Shown here piece by piece: positions 20,633-31,502 of a stretch of 64,000 nucleotides of DNA. The notes under the pieces are model-generated. The model searched no databases, had not been told where the DNA came from, and saw nothing but the letters and a program-made list of their open reading frames with translations. The translations under genes were made by a program, and so were the position numbers. Positions within the stretch are counted from its first letter, which is position 1, and every line of letters starts with the position of its first letter. Source of the DNA: Gammaproteobacteria bacterium (lineage in GTDB: Bacteria; Pseudomonadota; Gammaproteobacteria; UBA4575); assembly GCA_965243395.1 (NCBI GenBank), contig CBDEUS010000001.1, positions 576,001 through 640,000 on the forward strand. The letters run 5' to 3'.

Positions 20633-21958
20633 GTGAGCAAGAGCAGAGCAGAGCAAGTAAAAGAATTAGAACAAGATTGGGCAAATAACCCACGATGGGC
20701 AAACGTTAAGCGTGATTACAGTGCTGAGGATGTAGTTCGTTTGCGTGGCAGCATTCAGCCCGAACATACTTTAGCGCGTAAAGGAGCTGAAAAGCTTTGG
20801 GAGAAAGTAAACGGCACGGCAAAGAAAGGGTATGTAAATGCATTTGGTGCGATTACTGCTGGCCAAGCCATGCAACAAGCGAAAGCAGGATTAGAAGCCG
20901 TATATTTATCGGGTTGGCAGGTTGCAGCGGATGGCAACACTTCTGAAACGATGTATCCTGATCAATCACTCTATGCTTATGATTCTGTGCCAACTATGGT
21001 ACGTCGTATTAATAACACGTTTAAGCGTGCAGATGAGATTCAATGGAAAAACATTGCAGATGGAAAAATGTCTGAAGATGATGCCATTGACTATTTCCTA
21101 CCAATTGTAGCGGACGCCGAAGCAGGTTTTGGTGGCGTGCTGAATGCTTACGAACTAATGAAAAATATGATTGCAAATGGTGCGGCAGGTGCGCACTTTG
21201 AAGATCAATTAGCAGCGGTGAAAAAATGTGGTCACATGGGCGGTAAAGTTCTCGTTCCAACACAAGAAGCTGTTCAAAAATTACTAGCAGCACGTTTAGC
21301 TGCCGACGTGATGAATGTCCCTACTATTGTGTTAGCACGAACGGATGCTGAAGCGGCTAATTTGTTGACAAGTGATTTTGATGAGAACGACAAACCGTTT
21401 TTAACGGGAGAGCGTACACAAGAAGGTTTCTACCGTGTGAAAAACGGTTTAGAGCAAGCTATTAGTCGAGGTGTTGCTTACGCACCTTATGCAGATTTAG
21501 TTTGGTGTGAAACGGGTAAGCCTGATATAGGTTTTGCACGTGAATTCGCGCAAGCTGTTCAAGCTGCAGTACCGGGTCAAATCATGTCTTACAACTGTTC
21601 ACCTTCATTTAATTGGAAGAAGAACTTAAGTGATTCGCAGATTGCTAGCTTCCAGGAAGAATTATCCGATTTAGGTTATAAATTCCAGTTCATCACTTTA
21701 GCGGGTATACATCTAAACTGGTATCGCACATTCGACTTGGCTTATAACTATGCGCGTGGAGAAGGTATGAAGCACTACGTTGATATGGTTCAAGAGCCTG
21801 AGTTCGATGGTCGCGAGCGTGGCTATACTTTCGTCTCTCATCAGCAGGAGGTGGGTGCTGGTTATTTTGACGATGTCACTACAGTGATTCAGGGAGGCTC
21901 GTCTTCTGTTACTGCATTAACCGGTTCAACCGAAGAAGAGCAATTCGACGAAAAATAA
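20633..21958 (+). CDS. aceA: Isocitrate lyase
   Basis: KKCGHMGGK catalytic motif, [19 protein letters not shown] and TEEEQF. GTG start with SD AGGAGAGG. Confidence 0.97.
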   Translation: MSKSRAEQVKELEQDWANNPRWANVKRDYSAEDVVRLRGSIQPEHTLARKGAEKLWEKVNGTAKKGYVNAFGAITAGQAMQQAKAGLEAVYLSGWQVAADGNTSETMYPDQSLYAYDSVPTMVRRINNTFKRADEIQWKNIADGKMSEDDAIDYFLPIVADAEAGFGGVLNAYELMKNMIANGAAGAHFEDQLAAVKKCGHMGGKVLVPTQEAVQKLLAARLAADVMNVPTIVLARTDAEAANLLTSDFDENDKPFLTGERTQEGFYRVKNGLEQAISRGVAYAPYADLVWCETGKPDIGFAREFAQAVQAAVPGQIMSYNCSPSFNWKKNLSDSQIASFQEELSDLGYKFQFITLAGIHLNWYRTFDLAYNYARGEGMKHYVDMVQEPEFDGRERGYTFVSHQQEVGAGYFDDVTTVIQGGSSSVTALTGSTEEEQFDEK

Positions 21959-21975
21959 TTAAAGTAGAACTTAGC

Positions 21976-22012
21976 AAAACCCGGTATGTGCTTAACACAT
22001 ATCGGGTTTTTT
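21976..22012 (+). terminator. Intrinsic terminator of aceA
   Basis: AAAACCCGGTATGTG-loop-CACATATCGGGTTTTTT. Confidence 0.8.
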
Positions 22013-22110
22013 CATGTCTGTGTATTGAAATATCTTGTAGTTTAAGCATGTCTCTTATACATATAAACTATAATCGACCATAATATATAAAACTAATTAA
22101 AGGACTCTTA

Positions 22111-23469
22111 ATGGCGAATCAGCCTTACCAACATGTACAAGTTCCTGCTGATGGAGAAGCTATTCAGCTAAATTCAGATAACACCATACAAGTACCTGAC
22201 AATCCTATTATTCCATTTGTTGAAGGTGATGGAATTGGAATCGACGTAACTCCTGTGATGCGTCGTGTTGTGACCGCAGCAGTTGATCAAGCCTATGAAA
22301 AAAAGCGCCGTATTCGTTGGATGGAAATTTACGCAGGCGAAAAAGCATCACGTTTATATGGGGCCACTAGTTTTTTGCCGGAAGAAACACTTGATGTTAT
22401 GCGTGACTATGTCGTTTCTATTAAAGGCCCGCTTGCAACCCCTATTGGTGAAGGCATGCGATCTTTGAATGTATCCATAAGACAAGTGCTGGATCTTTAT
22501 GCTTGTGTACGTCCTATACGTTATTTTTCAGGTACACCTACACCATTGCGAGATTCAGGAACGACAGACATGGTTATCTTTCGTGAAAATACAGAAGATA
22601 TTTATGCGGGTATCGAGTGGGAAGCGATGAGCGCGGATGCAAAAAAAGTAATTAAGTTTTTGCAAGAAGATATGGATGTAACGAAAATTCGCTTTCCTGA
22701 AACATCTGGAATTGGTGTTAAACCTGTTTCAAAAGAAGGTTCAGAGCGGTTAATTCGCAAAGCAATTCAATATGCAGTAGATAATGACAGAGATAATGTT
22801 TCCTTAGTGCATAAAGGAAACATCATGAAATTTACCGAAGGTGCATTTCGAAACTGGGGATTTGATTTAGCCATGCGTGAATTTGGTGCAGAACTTATCG
22901 GTGATGGGCCTTGGTGTAAATTTAATAATCCAAACACAGGAAAAGAAATCATCATTAAAGATGTTATTGCCGATAACTTCTTACAACAGATACTTTTGAA
23001 TCCACAGGACTACGATGTAATTGCGACATTGAACCTAAATGGCGACTACATTTCTGATGCGCTTGCTGCACAGGTCGGAGGAATTGGTATCGCGCCCGGG
23101 GGTAACATTTCAGATAGTGTTGCAGTATTTGAAGCGACTCATGGAACAGCTCCTGGTTTTGCCGGTAAAAACCGAGTAAATCCTGGTTCGATTATTTTAT
23201 CGGCAGAGATGATGTTACGTTACATGGGTTGGGATGAGGCGGCAGATTTAATTGTGAAAGGTGTTGAGGGTGCAATAGCTGCCAGAACTGTAACCTATGA
23301 CTTGGCACGTGCGAGGGCAGGATTTACGGCAAGGGGAGTACAAGGGCGACGCCCGGGGACATCTAAAGAAGTACAAGAAGATCTCGAACGTTTAATGCCG
23401 GGAGCCACATTGGTCAGTACGTCTGGTTTTGGTGAAGAAATAATCAAAAACATGTCTTTAGAGCTCTAA
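22111..23469 (+). CDS. icd: Homodimeric isocitrate dehydrogenase (atypical coenzyme site)
   Basis: [54 protein letters not shown]. Confidence 0.95.
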   Translation: MANQPYQHVQVPADGEAIQLNSDNTIQVPDNPIIPFVEGDGIGIDVTPVMRRVVTAAVDQAYEKKRRIRWMEIYAGEKASRLYGATSFLPEETLDVMRDYVVSIKGPLATPIGEGMRSLNVSIRQVLDLYACVRPIRYFSGTPTPLRDSGTTDMVIFRENTEDIYAGIEWEAMSADAKKVIKFLQEDMDVTKIRFPETSGIGVKPVSKEGSERLIRKAIQYAVDNDRDNVSLVHKGNIMKFTEGAFRNWGFDLAMREFGAELIGDGPWCKFNNPNTGKEIIIKDVIADNFLQQILLNPQDYDVIATLNLNGDYISDALAAQVGGIGIAPGGNISDSVAVFEATHGTAPGFAGKNRVNPGSIILSAEMMLRYMGWDEAADLIVKGVEGAIAARTVTYDLARARAGFTARGVQGRRPGTSKEVQEDLERLMPGATLVSTSGFGEEIIKNMSLEL

Positions 23470-23608
23470 ATAAATCGATTTACTGGTCGATATTTATAAT
23501 TACTTTAAAGTAATACAAGGGCTTAGCGCAATTAATTAGATATTATTTAACATCTCGTGCAAAAATAGAGGTGTTTTATTAGTATGCTCATTCAATTTAG
23601 GATTAAAC

Positions 23609-24298
23609 ATGCGGATTGCGCTACTTGAAGACGATCTTGATCAAGCCAATATCATCGAAGTTTGGCTAAACGATGCTGGGCATCATCCCTATATTTATCA
23701 TGTTGGTAGTCAAATAGTAGGTGCCCTGAACACTGAAAGTTTTGATGTAATCATGCTTGATTGGGAAGTGCCTGACATGAGCGGGTTGGAAGTATTGCGT
23801 TGGGTACGTGAAAACCTGGATTGGGCCTGCCCTGTGATTTTTATTACGCAACGTGACCAAGAAAGTGATGTAGTTGCAGCACTTGAAGCGGGTGCTGACG
23901 ACTATATGTCAAAGCCGGTAAATCGTGCCGAAATGTTGGCACGCATCAGTGCAATACATAGAAGAAATAATCCTCCCGAAGAAGATGAATCCGTTCTTGA
24001 AATTTTGCCTTATATAATAGATTTAAAAAAGCGAACCATAGTTTGCAACGGTGCTGAAATAGACTTGACTCAAAAAGAGTATGAACTTGCATTATTTATC
24101 TTGCGCAATGTTGGTAGAGTCTTATCGCGTGGTTATTTACTTGAGCGTGTATGGGGCAAGAATCCTGAAATAAACACACGAACTGTAGACACTCATGTGA
24201 GTCGATTGCGGCGTAAGCTTGCATTAAATAAAGAAAATGGCTGGAAGCTTACATCTGTTTATCAACATGGTTACCGTTTAGAGCCTGACACTGATTAG
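23609..24298 (+). CDS. OmpR-family response regulator
   Basis: LLEDD, MLDWEVP, GADDYMSKP, LTQKE and TRTVDTHVSRLRRKL motifs. Confidence 0.92.
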   Translation: MRIALLEDDLDQANIIEVWLNDAGHHPYIYHVGSQIVGALNTESFDVIMLDWEVPDMSGLEVLRWVRENLDWACPVIFITQRDQESDVVAALEAGADDYMSKPVNRAEMLARISAIHRRNNPPEEDESVLEILPYIIDLKKRTIVCNGAEIDLTQKEYELALFILRNVGRVLSRGYLLERVWGKNPEINTRTVDTHVSRLRRKLALNKENGWKLTSVYQHGYRLEPDTD

Positions 24299-24387
24299 TG
24301 TTTGTTTTAAACCTTCGAAATAATTTTCTTAAATTTAGCTGTGAGTATTGGTCTATACTTGCTACGACAGTCATAAATAACTAGTTA

Positions 24388-24723
24388 ATGGTGAATATGT
24401 CTGATCTTTCTACCAAAGCAAAACAAAAGCTACATGAGCTAAAACAAGAATATGTAAAAAGTTTTCCTGAGAAGTCAGAAGAGATTAAAAATTATTGGAC
24501 TAAAAACGATTTGAGTGAGTTGCGCATTCAGTGTCATAAACTTGCAGGCTCGGCAGCTTCTTTTGAATTTCCAGATGTGTCTTTCGCTGCCAAGACATTA
24601 GAGGCGCTGTGTAAAACACGTTTAGAAAATAACCGTGCAAATTCGATTTTATTAGAAAATGATAAAACTCTTGTTAATGCTTATAAGGTATTAATGGATA
24701 CTTTTAATAAATATAATAAGTAA
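24388..24723 (+). CDS. Stand-alone HPt domain protein
   Basis: HKLAGSAASF...S..A..LE histidine-phosphotransfer motif. Confidence 0.75.
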   Translation: MVNMSDLSTKAKQKLHELKQEYVKSFPEKSEEIKNYWTKNDLSELRIQCHKLAGSAASFEFPDVSFAAKTLEALCKTRLENNRANSILLENDKTLVNAYKVLMDTFNKYNK

Positions 24724-24950
24724 ATTGCAGCAAGTACCGAGTTTCGCATCACAGTTATTTTAGGTAAGGATAGTAAATACCCACCATAGAACAATTAGGC
24801 CAATAGTCTGTCTAAATTAACCCTTAGTATCGAATAGGATTCAATAGTCTTTGTATAAATATTATTATTGGCAGCTTATCGCCATTTTTATATAAGAAAA
24901 TCAGATATTTCCAGTGGCTAAAATATAGTCATTACACTCTCATTGCATTA

Positions 24951-25682
24951 ATGAAGATTCAGATAATTTCAGATGTCCACCTTGAATTTGGTAGTTTTGA
25001 GCTGCCTGAGAAAGAATGTGATGTGCTCGTTGCCGCAGGTGATATTGGGGTTGGTGTGGAGGGTCTAGAGTGGTTGCAGACCCTAGATGTGCCGGTGATA
25101 TATGTTGCGGGTAATCATGAATATTGGGGTTATGAGATGTACGATTTACAAGATGATTTCATAAACATCTGTAAAGGTAGCAATGTTCGCTATTTAGAGA
25201 AGAAAAGTGTTGTAGTTAAGGGGGTGCGATTTCTGGGATGTACATTATGGACAGATTTTAATGGTTGTGACGATGAAGAAATAATGGATGATCTTCAAAA
25301 TATCATGAATGATTTTAGATATATATCAGTGGACGATACGACAATCACCCCAAAGGGCTTGATAGAGATTAATCATGCGAGTGTAAAATGGTTAGATCGT
25401 GAGCTTTCTAAAAAGCATGATGGCCCTACCGTTGTAGTTACACATCATGCTCCTACAAAAAAGAGTTGGGCGGCTGACCCTGATGATTATTTGAAGTTCG
25501 CATACTGCAATCAGTTAGATTCTATGTTAAAAGAAAATCATATCGATTTATGGGTGCATGGCCATATTCATCATGCATGCGACTATACAAAACACGGTAC
25601 ACGAGTAATATGTAATCCGAGAGGTTACAAAGGCTATCAAACTGTAGATAATTTTGATGCAGCTAAAACATTCAAAGTCTAG
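24951..25682 (+). CDS. Calcineurin-like metallophosphoesterase
   Basis: SDVHLE, AGDI, GNHE, VTHHAP, HGHIH and NPRGY motifs. Confidence 0.88.
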   Translation: MKIQIISDVHLEFGSFELPEKECDVLVAAGDIGVGVEGLEWLQTLDVPVIYVAGNHEYWGYEMYDLQDDFINICKGSNVRYLEKKSVVVKGVRFLGCTLWTDFNGCDDEEIMDDLQNIMNDFRYISVDDTTITPKGLIEINHASVKWLDRELSKKHDGPTVVVTHHAPTKKSWAADPDDYLKFAYCNQLDSMLKENHIDLWVHGHIHHACDYTKHGTRVICNPRGYKGYQTVDNFDAAKTFKV

Positions 25683-25720
25683 CTATTGGTGTAAATTATA
25701 TTCTTTGGTAATACGGACTT

Positions 25721-26059
25721 ATGGCAACTAAAAATATTTTTAAAGTAAGTTTTTATAATCAGAGTAATGTTTATGAAGTTTATGCAAGCAAGGTTTATCA
25801 GTCAGATTTACATGGTTTTATTACGATTGAAGAGCTCAAGTTCAATGAACGCACGAGTGTTGTTGTAGACCCTAGCGAAGAAAAGCTTAAAACCGAGTTT
25901 GAGCAAGTCAAGCGATTTTTTGTTCCGATGCATGCCATCATTCGAATTGATGAAGTCAAAAAAGAAGGTGTCGCGAAAATTTCCGAAGCAGGTGAAAATA
26001 TCGCTCAATTTCCTTCACATATCTATAACGCAAGTAGCGACAAAGATAACAAATCATAA
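25721..26059 (+). CDS. DUF1820-like conserved protein
   Basis: F.NQ..VYEVYA, VVVDPSEEKLKTEF and PMHAIIRIDEV.K.G motifs. Confidence 0.75.
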   Translation: MATKNIFKVSFYNQSNVYEVYASKVYQSDLHGFITIEELKFNERTSVVVDPSEEKLKTEFEQVKRFFVPMHAIIRIDEVKKEGVAKISEAGENIAQFPSHIYNASSDKDNKS

Positions 26060-26086
26060 GCTGTCTTGATTGTTTGACAGCGGAAT

Positions 26087-26177
26087 TGGCGGAGAGAGAG
26101 GGATTCGAACCCTCGGTGCCCTATTAGGACACACTCACTTTCCAGGCGAGCCCGTTCGACCACTCCGGCATCTCTCC
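26087..26177 (-). tRNA. tRNA-Ser (anticodon GGA)
   Basis: Reverse complement GGAGAGATGCCGGAGTGGTCGAACGGGCTCGCCT-GGA-AAGTGAG...GGTTCGAATCC...TCTCTCCGCCA, with long variable arm and encoded CCA. Confidence 0.97.
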
Positions 26178-26463
26178 AATTAATAAGTATAACAACTATC
26201 TGAATAAGCTAGGCGGTATAAAATCCGAATTGAGCGTGATTAAAATGCATCTTATTTAGTCAGTTAAATCTCATATAATCGCCATTTGTTCTCATATCTT
26301 AATATCTAATCTTTCTAAACTTTCCATTTGGGTCTTTAGCAGTTTATATTCACTTTTCGTCGGACTTGATAAATTCATACTACAGCCATGTGTAAACTAA
26401 ACTTTCATATGTTTATTATTTTTTAAAATTTACATCCTCTAAAAATGTATATTTGGGGCTACT

Positions 26464-26712
26464 GTGAAAGCTGATTTAAAAAAATACAAAAAATATACAA
26501 TTTTATTTAATGCTAAAGAAACGGAAACAGGTGAATACAAGCCTGTAGCTTCTATATTTAAGTCCGGAGAAGATACAACAAAATTGAGCATTGAAAGATC
26601 ATTTGCTGATCGCAATGCAGCCCTTTCTTTTGCGCTAGGAGCAGCAGAGGAGACGGTAGATGCGAAAATAAATGGCAATAAACCGGATTTTAAACTCCTT
26701 GTAGGCGAATAA
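26464..26712 (+). CDS. Small hypothetical protein
   Basis: 82-aa ORF with GTG start and plausible composition. Confidence 0.5.
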   Translation: MKADLKKYKKYTILFNAKETETGEYKPVASIFKSGEDTTKLSIERSFADRNAALSFALGAAEETVDAKINGNKPDFKLLVGE

Positions 26713-26721
26713 TTTAGCTTG

Positions 26722-27135
26722 CTAGATTGTTTCTTTTATACACTCCCTTAATAAAGAGTTGGGTAAAACGATACACTTGTTAGCATAGAGTTTTTTCAAC
26801 TCATTTAATTTTATATAAATTTCTTTTTTCCAAATTAGATCATAGACAGAGCTATCGTTTTCCTTATTATTTTCTATAGCTAAAGCTCTTCTATTTATTT
26901 CGTTATCTAATTCATCATAAGAAATCCTAGAATTTTTATAATAAGCTTGAAGTTCATTTGTTTGAATAAAATATTTGAACATCTCTTCCACTAGATGATT
27001 GTCTGATGGTATTGGTATTTCAGGCCGGTTTGTCATTAGCAATGACTTGGCATAGGTTTGGTAGTACTCTTTGTCCTCTAGTTTTGAGACCAAACTAGAA
27101 AGTAAAATAAATTTTGAGTCTAATTCACTAGCCAT
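26722..27135 (-). CDS. Hypothetical protein
   Basis: 137-aa ORF with no recognised motif. Confidence 0.5.
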   Translation of the reverse strand: MASELDSKFILLSSLVSKLEDKEYYQTYAKSLLMTNRPEIPIPSDNHLVEEMFKYFIQTNELQAYYKNSRISYDELDNEINRRALAIENNKENDSSVYDLIWKKEIYIKLNELKKLYANKCIVLPNSLLRECIKETI

Positions 27136-27226
27136 TGATACTTAATATATTTGTATTTACTATTAAATATAGTTTGATGATTCTATAGTAAATGTTCTTA
27201 CCAATTAATTGAATAAATACCGCACT

Positions 27227-27655
27227 ATGAAAAGAGTTTTATTAGTCATAATTATGATGAATTTCATGGTTGCTTGTGAGAGTGATCAAACAGTTTATGC
27301 GTATGTTGTAGTAAAGCCTACTGAAGAAGATAGTGTCGTAAGTGAATGGCGTCCTGTTATGCGTGTTGCATACCATGTTGACAAAAATAAAGTGGTTAGT
27401 GAGGTAGCGGGATTGCTAGATGAATACCATGATTGTAATGTTGAAGATAAGAACAATTGGGAATGCAGCTACGAAGATGACATGGGAAACAATTCATTTG
27501 GCTTTAAAGACGGAATGTATTGGGACCAGCCAGGGTGGGGTGAGGATGTAAAGCATGTTTCTCGCTGGGAATTCAATATGATTCGTTGCAAGTGGTATCA
27601 GTATGATAATGGACGTTTTAAGGGCATGTTCTCTTGTTTGAGAACCTATATTTAA
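27227..27655 (+). CDS. Putative lipoprotein
   Basis: MKR plus hydrophobic stretch plus MVAC lipobox-like motif. Several Cys and Trp residues. Confidence 0.6.
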   Translation: MKRVLLVIIMMNFMVACESDQTVYAYVVVKPTEEDSVVSEWRPVMRVAYHVDKNKVVSEVAGLLDEYHDCNVEDKNNWECSYEDDMGNNSFGFKDGMYWDQPGWGEDVKHVSRWEFNMIRCKWYQYDNGRFKGMFSCLRTYI

Positions 27656-27695
27656 TATCAATAATGTCTATGCGCGTCCGATCTTATCCAAAAAC

Positions 27696-28574
27696 GTGAA
27701 AAATGATTTTTATATTGTCGATGTATTTGCGGGAGAGAAATATTCCGGTAATCCTTTAGCGGTTGTTATTCTTAACAATGAGCTATCTCAAGAGGCAATG
27801 CAAAAAATAGCAGCAGAAATGAATTTTTCTGAAACTAGCTTTGTGTGCCCAAAGCCTTTAACTAACGGACAATTTCAGGTTCGAATTTTTACTCCTTCTA
27901 AAGAGTTAGATTTTGCAGGACATCCCATATTAGGAACTGCCGCTGTAATACGAAAACATTTGCTATCAAAGCAAGAAGAGGTGGTTAACTTAAAGCTTAA
28001 CAAAAGTAATATTTCCGTTGTTTTTGAAGCGAATGACGATGAAGAAAGAGTCTGGTTTGAAGCGCCACCCATTTCTTTAGATGAGACAATTGACCATAAT
28101 CTTATGGCGGAAGCTTTAGGCATTGGTATTGAAGATATAATTACGGAATTACCTATACAAAAAGCATCTGCAGGCACATCGGCAGTAATCGTTCCACTGA
28201 AAAATCTTGATGCGCTTAAAAGATCAAAGCTTGATCTAAAAAAATATGGCCCTTTATTGGAGAGAGGATTCCCACCTCTCACTTATCTATTTACTAAAGA
28301 AACAATAAACTCTGATAACGATTATTCTGTGCGATTTTTCTTTGACGCGCATGGGGTGCGAGAAGACCCTGCCACAGGTAATGGCGCAGCTTTTTTTGGA
28401 AAATACTTGCTCCAATCTGATTATTATTCAACTGATTCAGTGCTGAAAATAGAACAAGGATATGAAGTTGGCCGACCTTCATTAGTACTGTTAAGCATTC
28501 AAAAAATTAATGCTTCGCACGTAATCAGGGTAGGAGGGCGTGTTATTCCTATTGTCAACGGTAGTTTGTTGTAG
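27696..28574 (+). CDS. PhzF family isomerase/epimerase
   Basis: VDVF....GNPLAV, EMNFSETSF, RIFTP..ELDFAGHP, EDPATG and EQG.EVGRPS motifs. Confidence 0.92.
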   Translation: MKNDFYIVDVFAGEKYSGNPLAVVILNNELSQEAMQKIAAEMNFSETSFVCPKPLTNGQFQVRIFTPSKELDFAGHPILGTAAVIRKHLLSKQEEVVNLKLNKSNISVVFEANDDEERVWFEAPPISLDETIDHNLMAEALGIGIEDIITELPIQKASAGTSAVIVPLKNLDALKRSKLDLKKYGPLLERGFPPLTYLFTKETINSDNDYSVRFFFDAHGVREDPATGNGAAFFGKYLLQSDYYSTDSVLKIEQGYEVGRPSLVLLSIQKINASHVIRVGGRVIPIVNGSLL

Positions 28575-28586
28575 CTTTGGAATCTA

Positions 28587-28943
28587 ATGGTTTCACGAAG
28601 TAAATTATATGTTCAGCTTGATGCATTAGAGCTTGAACTTGAAGAAAAATTAATTCCACATTTGGAAAATGCCGCTAATGGAAAGAATGATCTAGTTTTT
28701 TGTGTGAGTGATTTTAATCCATTTGAGGAATTAAAAAATAAAACTGATCACACGACAGAACGTTTGATTCATATTGGTAGACAAATTCTGACACTAAAGA
28801 AAAAGCTAAGGGAAGAATCAGAAGGAAGTATTGCAGAAAGAATTTGCTGGTATTGTCGTGAGTGGGGAAATTCAGAAAGTACTCATCGGAATAATGCTCA
28901 AGAATTGGCAAAACAATTCATTAATGAGATACGCAAGAATTAA
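28587..28943 (+). CDS. Hypothetical protein
   Basis: 118-aa ORF, 12 nt after the PhzF gene on the same strand. Confidence 0.6.
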   Translation: MVSRSKLYVQLDALELELEEKLIPHLENAANGKNDLVFCVSDFNPFEELKNKTDHTTERLIHIGRQILTLKKKLREESEGSIAERICWYCREWGNSESTHRNNAQELAKQFINEIRKN

Positions 28944-28964
28944 ATAAAAGTAACGGTTAATTCA

Positions 28965-29429
28965 ATGGATTTAGGTGAGCTTGAGAAAAAAATATATGCT
29001 TTAAACGATAGAAGTATGTGGTTGTCTTTGCATGAGCAAGTCTTAAAAAATCATGAAATTGTCAGTTCTGAAGAAGATAAGGTAAAACTACTAGATCTGC
29101 ACAAAGTATTGCTTGATAAAGTTGAAAAATGGTTACCCGATTCAATTGATTTGGATAAGTTTAGAGAACTTAGATTACAAGAATACAACAAAATGTTATT
29201 AAGTGAAGCTACTATTGGTGGCACCCTTTGTGTTGAAACACTATATGATTTAACACAGCGTGAGTTGCAAGCGGGAAGAATGTCGCCCACTCATGAACTT
29301 ATAGAAACTGCTATTCAAGCCACTGCTGCGGAACATTATTCTCGAGATCAACTGGTAAGGCAAAAAGAGAAAATCCAGAATTTACAAGAACACTCTGTAC
29401 TTAATAAATTAAGTCGTCTGTTTAAATAA
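28965..29429 (+). CDS. Hypothetical helical protein
   Basis: 154-aa ORF in the same run of genes. Confidence 0.6.
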   Translation: MDLGELEKKIYALNDRSMWLSLHEQVLKNHEIVSSEEDKVKLLDLHKVLLDKVEKWLPDSIDLDKFRELRLQEYNKMLLSEATIGGTLCVETLYDLTQRELQAGRMSPTHELIETAIQATAAEHYSRDQLVRQKEKIQNLQEHSVLNKLSRLFK

Positions 29430-29443
29430 AAATTACAATCACT

Positions 29444-30649
29444 TTAAAACTCTACCGCCAATTGAGAAGTGATCGTGTTGCCACCGAATTCATCGGTACC
29501 GCCTTCCGAGGCGCTGTAATCCTCATCATGGGCCCATTCGATCGACAGTGCGGTTGCATCAAAAATCTCAGCTGATAAGCCACCGATTATACGTTCCTTC
29601 GGAAGCTCCAGTGCCACGGCTTCATCCGTACCCTGATAAGCCAGGGCTGCAGTCATCGGAATACCGCCTACATTAAAGCTATAGCCAACCTCAAAGTTAA
29701 ATGCTTCAGGTTCAGCACCGCCCGACTCAAATGCAAGCTCATCGGCCTCAAAGTCATCCGTGGCTTGGATGTATTCTGCAATCACATTGAAAGGTCCATA
29801 ACTGTACATAGCATCTATAGAAATGCCGCCTACATAATCACTATAGTCGACGGCTGCTGCATCAATATTATCCTGAATCACCTCTTGCAAAGTATCCGAA
29901 TCACCAATGTCATTGATGTACCCTAAGTTAATCGCAAAGTTTGAACCACTTTCACTCTCATGTGCATACCCAGCAAAGACCCCGAAGTTATCGATATCAC
30001 TATCGCCATCTTCAGACAGATCACCATTAAACACATATACACCACCTGTAAAACCATTGGACTCGATGCCGGCCAAGATAGAAGACTCGCGCGTCTCGGC
30101 AATCTCAAGCGTGAGAGGATCGGAGATAAGATTTGTTTCAAACGTGCCAAAGGGTTCATACATCAAACCGCTTTGTATAAACCAAGCACCCTCTGGAGGA
30201 GCGATGGTAATAACCGCGACATCAACTTCTAAATCGGTGTCATCTTCTTCAAACAATAGAGTGGTTTCTGCCGACACCCAATCATTTACTTGGGCTGCCA
30301 CCCCAAGTTCTGCTGTCGCTAATACAATATCACTGTTGCTATCGCCTTCATCGGGATCATTGTGAGAAGCTTCGACTTCCATTAGCCCACTAATTTCAAT
30401 ATTGCTAAACCAACCGGAATCCTTTTCATCAGATTTCACATTGGATACCAGTTCATTTATTTGTTGGGATTTTGCTTCAATAACTTGATTCTGTCTTTCA
30501 ATTACTGTGCTTTGTTGTAGAACCATGCGTTCAAGCTGTTCAAGACGGGCCTTTATTGCAGAAAGCTCATCCTCAATGCTCCCCGCAAAAGAAGGACTGC
30601 ATAAAATTGATATCAAAAATACAGATAGACAATTAAAAATTAATCTCAT
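29444..30649 (-). CDS. Outer-membrane porin, LbtU-like
   Basis: Signal peptide, N-terminal coiled coil, SGLMEVEA, PFG.FET..ISDPLTLE..ETRE and C-terminal QLAVEF. SD GAGGAGG. Confidence 0.75.
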   Translation of the reverse strand: MRLIFNCLSVFLISILCSPSFAGSIEDELSAIKARLEQLERMVLQQSTVIERQNQVIEAKSQQINELVSNVKSDEKDSGWFSNIEISGLMEVEASHNDPDEGDSNSDIVLATAELGVAAQVNDWVSAETTLLFEEDDTDLEVDVAVITIAPPEGAWFIQSGLMYEPFGTFETNLISDPLTLEIAETRESSILAGIESNGFTGGVYVFNGDLSEDGDSDIDNFGVFAGYAHESESGSNFAINLGYINDIGDSDTLQEVIQDNIDAAAVDYSDYVGGISIDAMYSYGPFNVIAEYIQATDDFEADELAFESGGAEPEAFNFEVGYSFNVGGIPMTAALAYQGTDEAVALELPKERIIGGLSAEIFDATALSIEWAHDEDYSASEGGTDEFGGNTITSQLAVEF

Positions 30650-30770
30650 AGAGTTCCTCCTCTTCTTATCATTTTTTTTAACTCTAATTTTTTTATAGAC
30701 AATAAAGCCCGTAGGTGATCGAAAGTACGATCACCTTGAGTATTTGTTTGCAGTAGTAAATTAAGTTACT

Positions 30771-31478
30771 TTAATTAGCAGTAGCACCAACAGAAGAATT
30801 TGCTGTACGTTCTGCAAAGCGATTAAAAAATAGTGCGCTCAAAGCTCCTAAAATTATCCAAAACAACGCATTTGTGGCTAATGTGGCTATATGAAAATTT
30901 GTTCTTAGTTCTTGCGGAGCTAATCCTTCATGCACTTCGGGTTGTGGTGCACCAAAAATATGTGGCAACGCAATTAACGCAATACCAAAAAGCTTTAAAA
31001 AAGGTTTAGGTTGAAACGCAAGTATCCATAATCCTGCTGCAGTTAAAATTACGGTCAAAACCCACCAGACTTGGCGCTGCTCTAACCCCGCAGCAGCATC
31101 TCCAGGAAGCTCTGGTGGTAGCCCAAAAGAAGGCGCTAGATTAAACACGAGCCATCCTGCAATGCCCCATAGAATTCCTTTTTGCCAAGTTATCGAACCG
31201 CGTAATGTGTATCCAACTACTAATAAAAGAGCAAAGCCAATTCCTATAACAACACTGCTAGATGCTGTAAAAAAGGTACGTTCAGCACCATCATCTGGTG
31301 CCCAAGCTTCTGCTTCTTCTTCACCATGTCCTGCGGCTGGCTCTTCTTCAGATACCTCGTAAGTTTCTGCTTCGAAAATCATCGGCACAACGCTGAAATG
31401 TTGAATGCCCGCAAGCACTAATCCAGCAATGACTCCAGAAAACAAAGCGCTTAAAAAAATTTGATTAAATAATTTCAT
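30771..31478 (-). CDS. cbtA: Cobalt transporter subunit CbtA
   Basis: P.I..AE.YE, W.P.DG.ER, AP..GLPPELPG, RQ.WW and PHIFGAP motifs. Confidence 0.9.
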   Translation of the reverse strand: MKLFNQIFLSALFSGVIAGLVLAGIQHFSVVPMIFEAETYEVSEEEPAAGHGEEEAEAWAPDDGAERTFFTASSSVVIGIGFALLLVVGYTLRGSITWQKGILWGIAGWLVFNLAPSFGLPPELPGDAAAGLEQRQVWWVLTVILTAAGLWILAFQPKPFLKLFGIALIALPHIFGAPQPEVHEGLAPQELRTNFHIATLATNALFWIILGALSALFFNRFAERTANSSVGATAN

Positions 31479-31502
31479 AATATTTGTGAATTGCTAAATT
31501 GA

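Noticed and set aside
27696-28574. Phenazine biosynthesis cluster
   Set aside because: It is a lone PhzF-family gene with no other phz genes.
26087-29429. Genomic island integrated at tRNA-Ser
   Set aside because: The hypothetical genes lie on the 5' side of the tRNA, and I saw no integrase or duplicated tRNA 3' end in the window.
29907-30365. Antisense ORFs within long genes (this one and the many similar 60-150 aa track entries)
   Set aside because: They are shadow frames of well-supported genes with no motifs of their own.
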